Shown here: in pieces, positions 1 through 11,300 of the stretch | Numbering within the stretch: position 1 is the stretch's first letter | Layout of the letters: the number at the start of each line of letters is the position of its first letter | Assembly (NCBI GenBank): GCA_950097015.1 | Contig: CATNEN010000003.1 | Coordinates: 7,998,001 to 8,062,000, forward strand | DNA: 64,000 nucleotides | Direction: 5' to 3' | From: Macrostomum hystrix | Lineage: Eukaryota; Animalia; Platyhelminthes | Made by a program: the position numbers and the translations under genes | Notes under the pieces: model-generated | Told to the model about the DNA's origin: nothing | What the model saw: the letters and a program-made list of their open reading frames with translations, nothing else | The model's database searches: none

Positions 1-669
1 GGATACTCCTGTTACATAGTTAAAAATATTCTCCATAGTGGTATGGAGAATATATAAGTAATGTTTGATATATTACATTTTTACATATTCAGATGTTCTT
101 GTATAACAAGTAAAAGGCTTAGTGTTTGAATTTCATTTAAGAAAAAAAGATAATAAGAGAAGTACTGTTATATAACATTAAAATTGAAGTTATCACATGA
201 TAGTTTCTTGGAAATGTGATAATATAACTAGTGCTTTTCTACTTTGTTAAAATGCACAATGTTTTTGTAAATATTCTGACACCCACCTCATCACACAAAT
301 TTACTATTCACAATTAATTGTCTGCAAGCTTGGAGTTCACAAGCAAAAATATATGCTAGCAAAGCAAATATTAATAGCTGGAGACCGAGGACCTTTTAAT
401 AACCACATTGGATTTGAAACCAAGGGACCGGGACCCTAGCGCTGCTGCTGACAAGCCATTGACTTATCAAGAAATTGTGTTTTGGTCTTACAAAATTCTG
501 TTACTTCTAGGAAACACACGAACTCTAGCTTGTCACAACACATTGTGTTTGATTGGTCAACCTCTTCACTAGAAGCCTTTGAAGACTGGATATAACAAAT
601 GATGGCTATCCTATAGAACTGTTAGTTTAATTATTTTTCTACTTAATTTTAATTAAATTCGCTAAACTA

Positions 670-843
670 ATCGAGGGCATGTGGGCTCACTGCAAGACAA
701 TGTTTCAGCAAATGCACAGCACATCGGACAGTCTGTTTGATTCATACCTACAAGAATATCTCTGGAGACGGCTGTTCAAGCAAAATGTTTTTGGTAGGCC
801 TAACTTCCTTTACTGGGTTGCCCACATGTATTACCCAGTTTAA
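670..843 (+). mobile_element. C-terminal fragment of a Merlin/IS1595 (ISXO2-like) DDE transposase
   Basis: Manual translation IEGMWAHCKTMFQQMHSTSDSLFDSYLQEYLWRRLFKQNVFGRPNFLYWVAHMYYPV* matches the IE-x-x-W...K...YL-x-E-x-x-WR signature around the catalytic Glu of ISXO2/Merlin transposases. No upstream coding part is visible. Confidence 0.7.
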
Positions 844-1036
844 CATCAAGTCTACACTCATGAGTCATGTTGTAGCTGGTGTTGTTTCGTGATTTGTGAA
901 CTATAACAAACTATTTTGCTTCCCGTTAAACTGTTAGGGGCCTAATTTGTTCATGTGTTTCACATTTTTCAATTCTCCAAATATAAAAGAAATGAATTAA
1001 AGTGAAAAAATAATTAAACGAATGGTTCTAACTTCT

Positions 1037-1462
1037 GGATCCTAGACACTTTGTCATCTTACAACTTTGTCATCCACTTGGAAGGTAGGACACTTCGTCA
1101 TCCAGCCAATTGGCATGCTTTAAAGTTTGGTCAGTTCGTCATCTACTAATAACAAATAAGCAATTAAGTTTGTCATCAATAAAGTGAGGGTGGGGTGGTG
1201 GGGCAGAGGTGTGAACACACTTCACATCTTAAAATGCCAGAAAGAGGTGTCAAAACTGATTTCATTATAAGAGTTGAAAGAAAGGTGCCAACACGATGTG
1301 AGGAGGTGGGGAGGGGTGGTTCTGTTCTAACTTTGAAAACTTTTGTTTTATAGATGACGAAGTGTCCACAAGTCTCAGTCTCTTCGTCATCCACCCTCTG
1401 AGATATTGGACAGATCGTCATCTGGATGACGAAGTTGTAAGATGACGAAGTGTCCAGGTACC
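1037..1462. mobile_element. Non-autonomous TIR element (MITE), Merlin-like, 426 bp
   Basis: Imperfect ~40-bp TIRs (GGATCCTAGACACTTTGTCATCTTACAACTT vs reverse complement GGTACCTGGACACTTCGTCATCTTACAACTT) and internal CTTCGTCATC motifs. Perfect 9-bp TSD CTAACTTCT at 1028-1036 and 1463-1471. Ends are GG...CC. Confidence 0.85.
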
Positions 1463-1722
1463 CTAACTTCTATATATAGGATAGGCCTAGCCCAAATAAT
1501 ATATAAATAACAAGTAATTGAATCAGATTAGAGTGTTTAATGTGTCTTAATGCTTGAGCCCCTATAATTTGCTAGGCCTATCACAGTAATTGGACTACAT
1601 ATTGCAGTGGATAAAATAAGTAATTAGGCCCCCTACTGTATAAGAAAAGAGTTCAACAACAGCAATGTTAAATGAATAAATAAATTTTAGATAGGCCTAG
1701 GATTGAAATGATTAGGTCAGAT

Positions 1723-2154
1723 TGTAGCAGTTTTGTGGTCGCGAGTTCGGGAGTAATTACTAGGCCTAGTAAGAGCTAGGCGTTGGTTTTTTGTATTGTT
1801 TGTAAAGTATTGTATGAGATCAAAAAGGTTTGATTATTGTTGGATCGGGTGCAGTATATTTAGTGTATTGTATAGTGTTTTTCCGAAAGTTTCTAGAAAT
1901 ACTGTACGGTAAAACAAATTTATTTAAGCTATTTATTATTAGATGCAAGCGCATGAGAAGTTTGTGTTATATATACAATTATTTAAGGTGAATTATGCAA
2001 TTATTGCACTCAAGGAATATTCTAAGAAAAATGTCGAAGTTTAATTTGTACTATATCGAAGAATTTTCTAAAATCAATGTTTTCGTACTGTATAGAATGT
2101 TCTCGAAGGTCAATTGAATATCGTACAGAAATTTCGCGAATTAAGGTCACTACA
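1723..2154 (-). repeat. 3' LTR (432 bp) of the gypsy element
   Basis: Starts TGTAGTGACC immediately after the integrase stop and PPT, ends CTACA (5-bp terminal inverted repeat). Contains TATATA and AATAAA on the minus strand. Confidence 0.85.
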
Positions 2155-4224
2155 TCAGTCCCCCCGCGGAAGATGGAGTCCTGATGGTGAATGAATATGC
2201 ACACGGGGAAAACTGGAGATTATGGCATGGGGTGCCGAAGCCGTTTCGAGTGCGTACTGGGGATGTTTGTGTCCTTGTCGTCTCTGACTCAGGCTGTCGA
2301 GAGGCTGATCATCCCCAGTTGTTGAGGCGTCAATAGCGTAGTCCTTCCGGGTGCTCGGTGGTGACTCGTGTCGCGCCGTGGATTGCTGCTGATCCTGCGT
2401 CGCTTCTGTCGGTCGAACCCTTTGGTTGCCAGCTGCGGGCGTCGGCGCGGTTCGCCAAGGTTTGAGGCGGTCGATGGAGACGGATTCCTGACGTCCTGCG
2501 GCTGTCTCGATCATGAAGAATTTCGGTTTCACAGCCGGGTAGGGGCCTTGATACGGTGCTTCCAATGGCTTCCGGGTGCGGTCGACTCGGACCCAGACCT
2601 TCTCGGCTGTCTCGAGGTCGCTCGGGATATACGTTGGCCGATCAGCAGGTGGAGCTCTCGTGTCGTCCATCGGGTCGTCCAGGCGAAGTCGAATGGTCTC
2701 CGGCGTGAGGTCCTCTGTCGTCAAGATGCGGGGCATCATAGTATGTTCTCCAATTAGGCGAGTGAAGGCGCTGATACCGTTTTCGTTTGGAGAGATGCGC
2801 ATCGCGAGGAGTGCTCTGGTTGGTAGGCTCTCCAACCAGGAATCCCAACGAGTTTTCAGGATGGCTTTCAGCGTTCGATGTGCTCGTTCAATTTTGCCGT
2901 TTGTCTGAGGGTGGTAGGCTGTCGTTCGCAGTCTATGGAATCCGATGACTTTGGCGACTCGGCTGAAGAACTCGGCTTCGAATTGTGGTCCTCGGTCCGT
3001 GACGATGTACAGCGGCACTCCGAAGCGCGAGACCCAGGTGGAGATTAATGCGGATGCTACGCTCTCGGCGGTGACGGACTCAAGCGGCGTCGCCTCGATC
3101 CAGCTGGTGCTGCGGTCGATCATGGTGAGCATGTTTCGAGGGGTCAGCCCGCAGGAGACGTCGTACTTCCTGTCTCGTACTTGGAGCGGACCGACAATGT
3201 TCGATGTGAACGACTTCGAGTCTGTTAGAAGGTAGGTCAAACGCGGAACTGCCGGCCGTCGTGTGGCGTCCGATTTTGCTTCGTTGGCAGGTTTCGCACG
3301 CTCGGCAATACCTCTTAATGGCGTCTTTTTGGGCCAGAAGTATCGGGTTGTCAACAGGCTTGTGGTCTTGCGTAGTGGCCTCCGTAGAGAGGCCGAGTTG
3401 ATGGAAGTGTCGGATGAGCGGTTGCTGGAGCGAATCTGGGACGACTGGTCGAGGATAGTGGCTGGAAGTGTCGCACAGCAGCGAATGCTGACCATCAAAC
3501 TGGAAGAAGCGGCTGTTGGAGTTCTGTTGCATCTGGGTCCTTTGTTGCTCTGCGGCGATCGCTGGTAGGTCGACTGGCTCCTCCGTGGTCGAGTCCGCGG
3601 CGGATGCAATCGTCTGCGCCGGAAGTTCACCGGACTCGGGTAGTCGAGACAGAGCATCGGCGACGATGTTGTCGGAACCCCGGATGTAGACCAAGTCGGT
3701 GACGCATTCGGAAATGATGCTCAGGTAGCGCTGGTTTCGGTCGGATGTGCCCTGGCTGCCGCTGTGGAAAGCCTGAACGAGGGGTTTGTGATCCGTGAAG
3801 ATCGTGACCTGTCGGCCCTCGATGAGGCTGCGGAAGTGCAGAACTGCCAGGTGGACAGCGAGGAGCTCACGGTCGAAGGTGGAGTATAGGCGCGCTGTGT
3901 CGGTGACAGAGTCTTGCTGAATAGTCCGGGTGGTTCCGGCGACTGACCATCGGTCTGGTGTAGAGCGGCTCCTGCGCAGGTTGCTGAGGCATCCGTGACC
4001 AGGCTGTAAGTCGAGCACTGCGGGTTGGGGTGATGCAAGAGGATCCGCTCGGCCAACTTACCTTTCAGCTGATTGAATGCGTCGTCGTGCTCGGCTGTCC
4101 ACAAATACTCACGTGGCTTCTTGAGCGACTTGGTCACCAGGCTTAGCAGCGGCGCGGCGGTGTGGCTGAACTGAGGGATGAAACGCCGGTAGAATCCGAT
4201 CGTGCCGAGGAATCTGCGCAGGTC
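2155..4224 (-). pseudogene. pol: Frameshifted gypsy pol (RT C-terminus, RNase H, integrase)
   Basis: DLRRFLGTIGFYRRFIPQFS (RT end); LVTDAS, YSTFDRELLAV, IFTDHKPL, NIVADALSR (RNase H); CRACETCQRSK, TDRGPQF, TAYHPQTNGKIERAHRTLK and APYQGPY (integrase, GPY/F). Motifs are split over three ORFs. Confidence 0.93.
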
Positions 4225-4707
4225 ACTACAAGATCACAATCAGAATTTTTTTATTCTGGGATTGGGAACTGGATTCAGGTCGTTTATAGTGTACCATGGG
4301 GATAGGCAGGGTTTGTAAGTCTATATTGAGTTGCAAGAGTTGAATATATTGTCATACACTCATACTCATAGGCCTATATAATATAGAGTTGCAAACACAA
4401 AGATGAGCTATCTTTTGAAATATTGATAGGTACGTCTAGGCTTAAACTACATATTATCTAAACTTATATATAAATTAGAAAATAATAGCCGGCTGTCTAT
4501 ACTAGTCGCTGCCCATCTCCAATTACTTAATATACTATGATGTAAGCTATTCTGTCCTCTTAGCAGCATTTTCCCATTAGCTTACCTAATTGTCTTAATT
4601 GTTACCTGTAGTTGGCATCGTGAATGAAACCTCAAATTATTGATGTGCTATCGCTTAACATGACTTTTAGCTTTACTTGACAATGCTATTTCGACTCAGC
4701 GAATCGA

Positions 4708-5665
4708 ATGTACCTGTTTCCCGACAGATATTCAGACACATATTCAAAACAATCGCTCCCGATTTTTAATAAAAGCACCCAATCGAGTTGTCTTTTTCCT
4801 ACAATTTTACGCAATCGATTAGCTTAAAATTTATCAAGCTCCATGCTGTGGTTCCCGATATACGTTCTTCCAAAGTCTGCTTGGCGACGTCGGAATTTTT
4901 TATCCATTTAACTTCTTTAAAATTGTTTGCATTATTAAAGCTAGATTAAACTGCTGATTCCTCTGAAATTTGTGCCAGATTTTTACGAGTCCTAGCTTTT
5001 TAAAGACACCTCGCAAGTCTCAATGGTTGTTTTTTTCCCCGAGTTATTCTCTTCTGAATCATGTTTTTCCATTTGCAATTTCGTGCTTTTTGCTAAGGGT
5101 ATCAATCTGTTTCAGACGCCACGCCTGAGCATTAATCAGGAGCACAACAAAATTTTTGCTGATTTCTAACGCATAACTCTACTTTAAAACGACTGCTCCG
5201 GTGACGAAGTAGTATACTTCCTGAGATATTCACGCCTTTAAGTTTGTTTCATAGTAGTCATAGTGCAGCCCTCTTCAAATGTGCAATTAAATTCAAGTGA
5301 ACTCCATGAACTCATTTACTCATGTACCTTCACGAAACTTTAGCCCCACTTTTACGCACTCATAGGTTTTAAGATGGCACCTCGAAAAAGCTAAAAGCTG
5401 CTGTGGTTGTTTAGGTATTTGACTTCAAAGTGTATTCTAATTTTAAAGAGGTTAAATAGATAAAAAATTCCGACGTCGCCAAGCAGACTTTGGAAGAACG
5501 TATATCGGGAACCACAGCATGGAGCTTGATAAATTCGCTTTTATTTTAAGCTAATCGATTGCGTAAAATTATAGGAAAAAGACAACTCGATGGGGTGCTT
5601 TTGTTAAAAATCGGGAGCGATTGTTTTGAATATGTGTCTGAATATCTGTCGGGAAACAGGAACAT
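4708..5665. mobile_element. Non-autonomous DNA transposon with long (~215 bp) TIRs, MULE/foldback-like
   Basis: About 4708-4924 is the near-perfect reverse complement of about 5440-5665. Flanked by 9-bp direct repeats GCGAATCGA (4699-4707) and GCGAATGGA (5666-5674), one mismatch. Confidence 0.85.
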
Positions 5666-5999
5666 GCGAATGGACCGCGTCTAATCCGTCACACTGTAAA
5701 ATTTTTCTTTCTCAGTAATTTGTTTAAAATGACAAAACTGTAGATTCTCATTCGTAGTTTGTATTTGACATAACAATATGTTCGTTCATCGTTATCGTAT
5801 TATTTAAATATTTTTTTAATAATAGTTTTATCCTCTGAAATTATTTTTTTGTTTTGCTGAATAAAACTTCGTTAAATGCTATTGCAAAAACTACGTCCTA
5901 CTCTGGACATGCCTCTCGTAATTGCTTCAAAGCCTGCTTCGTGTTTCTATGTCGCTACGTTATGAAGCTATGAATTACAATCCGACGCGCATGAACCTG

Positions 6000-6370
6000 T
6001 ACGTACGGCATGGTAGCAGGTCCCTGGCTAGCGCTAGTACGCCCTAGCTAGGGCGTGCACTGCCCGGAGAGGCTGCCGTCCATTCATCTGATGGCCCGTT
6101 CCATTGTTCCGGCCCTGAGCGAGACTCTGCGTCGGCGGCGACAGATTCAGCTGGGCCACTGTCTATGAAACCACGAGATAGCGGCAAAAGAACCCGCAAT
6201 AGCGCTGGTCCTTCAGCACCAGCCCACTGAGCTGCTGCGACGTGGCGAAGACCGAACTGTGACTCTAATAGTCATGACTGGCTGATTTTCAGGCCATTGA
6301 GTCCACATTGACCTGCCCCTCTCGTTTGTTCAGCAAACTTGGGTGTGCTCAGGCTGAGTAGCTAGCTATA
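6000..6370 (+). mobile_element. Degraded 3' end of a non-LTR (RTE-like) retrotransposon ORF
   Basis: Frameshifted translation VPALSETLRRR..QLGHCL..EPAIALVLQHQPTELLRRGEDRTVTL resembles the RRRRLQLAGH...RRG-R C-terminal block of RTE-type RT proteins. Confidence 0.5.
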
Positions 6371-6460
6371 ACCGTAATTCCTGTTACGTATTTGCTTTCG
6401 AACAGTCTCGACCTTTTGTACAGTAATTTGCAGCACACAATTCAAATTCAAGGAGCATAC

Positions 6461-7778
6461 AATTGTCAGTTGTCTGACAGTCCCGTCAGGCAGTTCGATG
6501 CAGCAGTTGGTGCTGGCTGGCTGCCACACGGCCGGCATGCTCTGATCATGACATTTTCTTTGGGCTTCAAGAGGGACAATGACTTTTCTGTACAGCCGGC
6601 TCTACCGACTATATACAGAACTGTTCTGAATCAGACAAAAACTGACTGATGTTGAAAAACATTTTTTGCTAAACTCTGCTTATGATATAGATGAAAGAGT
6701 AATGAACAATGTTATTATGCCATGCGTTCTAGGCTTCTGAAGATTATAAAATATCTCAATTTATAAATTTAGCTTGTGTCAAATTAAGAGTAAAATTACA
6801 CACCTCCATCGATTTCAAGAAGTCTGAAGTTCATGTACTTATCATTAGTCTGATTGTTTACGAACTTCCTGGGTAGTACAAACTGGGTCATCTGCAATCA
6901 AAATAATAAAAATATTATTTTATTGGAAAAGGCGCCAACAATGTACCAACATTGCACCAAGCAAATCAAACCTTTTCATAATTCCCATCCGTGCAGTTCA
7001 CTTTGTACTCGAAGCCCGGCTTCTCCGAGTAGCTGGTGTAGCCGCACAGGTGAAATCCGGTCACATTGTGAGTGAAGCTCGCTGTGCAGCCTGGCGGATT
7101 CTCAGTCAGACCGACCGGTTGCTGGTCGCTGAGCAGCACTTCAATGCCCTGGGCCCTGACTCTTTCACTGGCAGGAACTGGAGAAGAAGACACTATTACT
7201 TAAAAAATTCTACGTACAAAACTTTCAAAACGCAACCTAATTTGAAAGCTAATACAATTAAAAGCTGAATTATACTGGCACTGTGAGGTGGTGTCAATAG
7301 TTTGATAGGACATAGAAGACTCTACAAGAATAATTATGATCGAGTAGCTAAGAGGCTGAATCGAATTTGCCTTTTGCGCACCCTCCGGCCTCCGATAGAC
7401 AGTGACGGAGCGCACTCGGACACAGCGGCTCAGCTTCAGCAGCAGCCACTGGTAGCCCGAGCTGTCCGGAATGTCGCTGGAGTGAAAATAGTCTCCCAGG
7501 TCTGGCCGAGGAGTGGCGCAAGCAGAGACTGTCGCTCTCGAGCCAGGACGACTGCCAGGCGTCGGCGATTTCGGCTTTGGTGACGTTGAAGCCGCTGCCT
7601 GAAGAATGAGTAACAGCTGTGGATGCATTCACGCAATTTCGAAGATTTCGTAGCTGTTGCGAGCTACCGATGGATCAACAGCTCAAACTCAAAAGCAGCT
7701 CAAAACCTGAATGAAAATCTCACACCCAGAGAAGATGCAGATCATACAGCTGCAGGTTAGCATCAGCCTGAAATCCAT
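6461..7778 (-). pseudogene. Paralog C of the lectin-Ig receptor family: 5' exons only, frameshifted
   Basis: Signal exon MDFRLMLTCSCMICIFSG (ATG 7778). Lectin exon GSGFNVTKAEIADAWQ.../DYFHSSDIPDSSGYQWLLLKL is broken by a frameshift. Next come ERVRAQGIEVLLS...YKVNCTDG, then FVLPRKFVNNQTNDKYMNFRLLEIDG, then a frameshifted first Ig exon (CTEKSLSLLKPKENVMIRA..STNCCIELPDGTVRQL). No downstream exons found. Confidence 0.85.
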
Positions 7779-8125
7779 CGATAAGGAGGCTATTGTATTC
7801 CAGCTGAGTCTGAAATTCTACCGAGAAAGACAACGAAATTCTGATCAAATTTTTTAATCGCTTTGCTATAAAGTGAAGCAAAGTAGGTTTCTTGAAAGTG
7901 ACGAGGTATTGTCCTATGGAAATGAACAGTTTTCAGTTATTTATGGTTTACGGACAGCCAGTTTGCCCAGCTCGGACCTACCCAATGAAATCAGACCAAG
8001 AGAGGTTCTGGCAATGGTTAACGAAACCATTGGCTGACGAAAAAGTGCTAAATAAAATTCTTAAATGATTTGTAGCATTGTTTTTTCAATTTAGCTTGTA
8101 TAATATACGAGGAAGGTTCATGTCA

Positions 8126-8212
8126 CCTGTAGGAAAAGTCTGTAGGAGCTGTAGTCTGTAGGAGCTGTAGTCTGTAGGAGCTGTAGGAGTCTGTAGGAGC
8201 GTCTGTAGGAAA
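8126..8212 (+). repeat. Short tandem repeat (AGTCTGTAGGAGCTGT-like)
   Basis: Several adjacent CTGTAGGA-containing units. Confidence 0.7.
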
Positions 8213-8314
8213 AGTTTAAGTTGTGTCCTACTTGAATTTTAATGATACTTTGGCAGACTTTTTCCACCCCATTTCGGGCCTTAGTGACTTATATGAGGTG
8301 TCGATTGGGACTTT

Positions 8315-11300
8315 GAGATTTCATGGGATACAAGATCGAGAAATAATGGAATGCTAGAATGAGATTTCATGGGACACAAGATCGAGAATTAATGGAATTC
8401 TAGAATGAGATTTCATGGGATACAAGATCGAGAATTAATGGAATTCTAGAATGAGATTTTATGGGATTCTAGAATGGGGTTTCACGGTATTATAGACTGA
8501 GATTTTATGGGATTCTAGACTGAGATTTTATGGGATTCTAAAATGGAGTTTCATGATATTATAGACTGAGATTTTATGGGATTCTAGACTGAGATTTTAT
8601 GGGATTCTAGACTGAGATTTTATGGGATTCTAGAATGAGGTTTCACGGTATTATAAAATGGAGTTTCACGGTATTATAGAATGGAGTTTGACGGTGTTAT
8701 AGACTGAGATTTTATGGTATTCTAGAATGAGATTTTATGGGATTCTAGACTGAGATTTTATGGGATTCTAAAATGGGGTTTCACGGTATTATAGACTGAG
8801 ATTTTATGGGATTCTAGACTGAGATTTTATGGGATTCTAAAATGGGGTTTCACGGTATTATAGAATGAGATTTTATGGGATTCTAGACTGAGATTTTATG
8901 GGATTCTAGACTGAGATTTTATGGAATTCTAGAATGGGGTTTCACGGTATTATAGACTGAGATTTTATGGAATTCTAGAATGAGGTTTCACGGTATTTTA
9001 GAATGGAGTTTCACGGTATTATAGAATGGAGTTTCACGGTGTTATAGACTGAGATTTTATGGAATTCTAGAATGAGGTTTCACGGTATTATAGAACGGAG
9101 TTTCACGGTATTATAGAATGGAGTTTGACGGTGTTATAGACTGAGATTTTATGGGACTCTAGACTGAGATTTTATGGGATTCTAGACTGAGATTTTATGG
9201 GATTCTAGAATGGGGTTTCACGGTATTATAGAATGGAGTTTCACGGCATTATAGACTGAGATTTTATGGGATTCTAGAATGGGGTTTCACGGTATTATAG
9301 AATGGGGTTTCACGGTATTATAGACTGAGATTTTATGGGATTCTAGAATGGGGTTTCACGGTATTATAGACTGAGATTTTATGGGATTCTAGAATGGGGT
9401 TTCACGGTATTATAGAATGGGGTTTCACGGTATTATAGACTGAGATTTTATGGGATTCTAGAATGGGGTTTCACGGTATTATAGAATGGAGTTTCACGGC
9501 ATTATAGACTGAGATTTTATGGGATTCTAGAATGGAGTTTCACGGTATTATAGAATGGAGTTTCACGGTATTATAGACTGAGATTTTATGGGATTCTAGA
9601 ATGGGGTTTCACGGTATTATAGAATGGAGTTTCACGGTATTATAGAATGGAGTTTCACGGTATTATAGACTGAGATTTTATGGGATTCTAGAATGGGGTT
9701 TCACGGTATTATAGAATGGAGTTTCACGGTATTATAGACTGAGATTTTATGGGATTCTAGAATGGGGTTTCACGGTATTATAGAATGGAGTTTCACGGTA
9801 TTATAGAATGGAGTTTCACGGTATTATAGACTGAGATTTTATGGGATTCTAGAATGGGGTTTCACGGTATTATAGAATGGGGTTTCACGGTATTATAGAA
9901 TGGAGTTTCACGGTATTATAGACTGAGATTTTATGGGATTCTAGAATGGGGTTTCACGGTATTATAGAATGGAGTTTCACGGTATTATAGACTGAGATTT
10001 TATGGGATTCTAGAATGGGGTTTCACGGTATTATAGAATGGAGTTTCACGGTATTATAGACTGAGATTTTATGGGATTCTAGAATGGGGTTTCACGGTAT
10101 TATAGAATGGAGTTTCACGGTATTATAGAATGGAGTTTCACGGTATTATAGAATGGAGTTTCACGGTATTATAGAATGGGGTTTCACGGTATTATAGACT
10201 GAGATTTTATGGGATTCTAGAATGGAGTTTCACGGTATTATAGAATGGAGTTTCACGGTATTATAGACTGAGATTTTATGGGATTCTAGAATGGGGTTTC
10301 ACGGTATTATAGAATGGAGTTTCACGGTATTATAGACTGAGATTTTATGGGATTCTAGAATGGGGTTTCACGGTATTATAGAATGGGGTTTCACGGTATT
10401 ATAGAATGGGGTTTCACGGTATTATAGAATGGAGTTTCACGGTATTATAGAATGGAGTTTCACGGTATTATAGACTGAGATTTTATGGGATTCTAGAATG
10501 GGGTTTCACGGTATTATAGAATGGGGTTTCACGGTATTATAGAATGGAGTTTCACGGTATTATAGACTGAGATTTTATGGGATTCTAGAATGGGGTTTCA
10601 CGGTATTATAGAATGGAGTTTCACGGTATTATAGACTGAGATTTTATGGGATTCTAGAATGGGGTTTCACGGTATTATAGAATGGAGTTTCACGGTATTA
10701 TAGACTGAGATTTTATGGGATTCTAGAATGGGGTTTCACGGTATTATAGAATGGAGTTTCACGGTATTATAGAATGGAGTTTCACGGTATTATAGAATGG
10801 AGTTTCACGGTATTATAGAATGGGGTTTCACGGTATTATAGACTGAGATTTTATGGGATTCTAGAATGGGGTTTGACGGTATTATAGAATGGAGTTTCAC
10901 GGTATTATAGACTGAGATTTTATGGGATTCTAGAATGGAGTTTCACGGTATTATAGACTGAGATTTTATGGGATTCTAGAATGGGGTTTCACGGTATTAT
11001 AGAATGGAGTTTCACGGTATTATAGAATGGAGTTTCACGGTATTATAGAATGGAGTTTCACGGTATTATAGAATGGGGTTTCACGGTATTATAGACTGAG
11101 ATTTTATGGGATTCTAGAATGGGGTTTCACGGTATTATAGAATGGAGTTTCACGGTATTATAGAATGGAGTTTCACGGTATTATAGAATGGAGTTTCACG
11201 GTATTATAGAATGGGGTTTCACGGTATTATAGACTGAGATTTTATGGGATTCTAGAATGGAGTTTCACGGTATTATAGAATGGAGTTTCACGGTATTATA

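Larger units (their letters stand above)
1723..4230 (-). mobile_element. Ty3/gypsy LTR retrotransposon, internally deleted (5' LTR reduced to ~11 bp; gag, protease and most of RT missing)
   Basis: 4-bp TSD AGAT at 1719-1722 and 4231-4234. Both ends begin TGTAG. The 3' LTR is 1723-2154, preceded by a G-rich PPT (GCGGGGGGAC). pol remnant lies inside. Confidence 0.9.

Noticed and set aside
2368-3568. Plus-strand ORFs over the gypsy pol
   Set aside because: Antisense shadows of GC-rich coding sequence. The same applies to plus-strand ORFs over the receptor, lectin and SLC4 exons.
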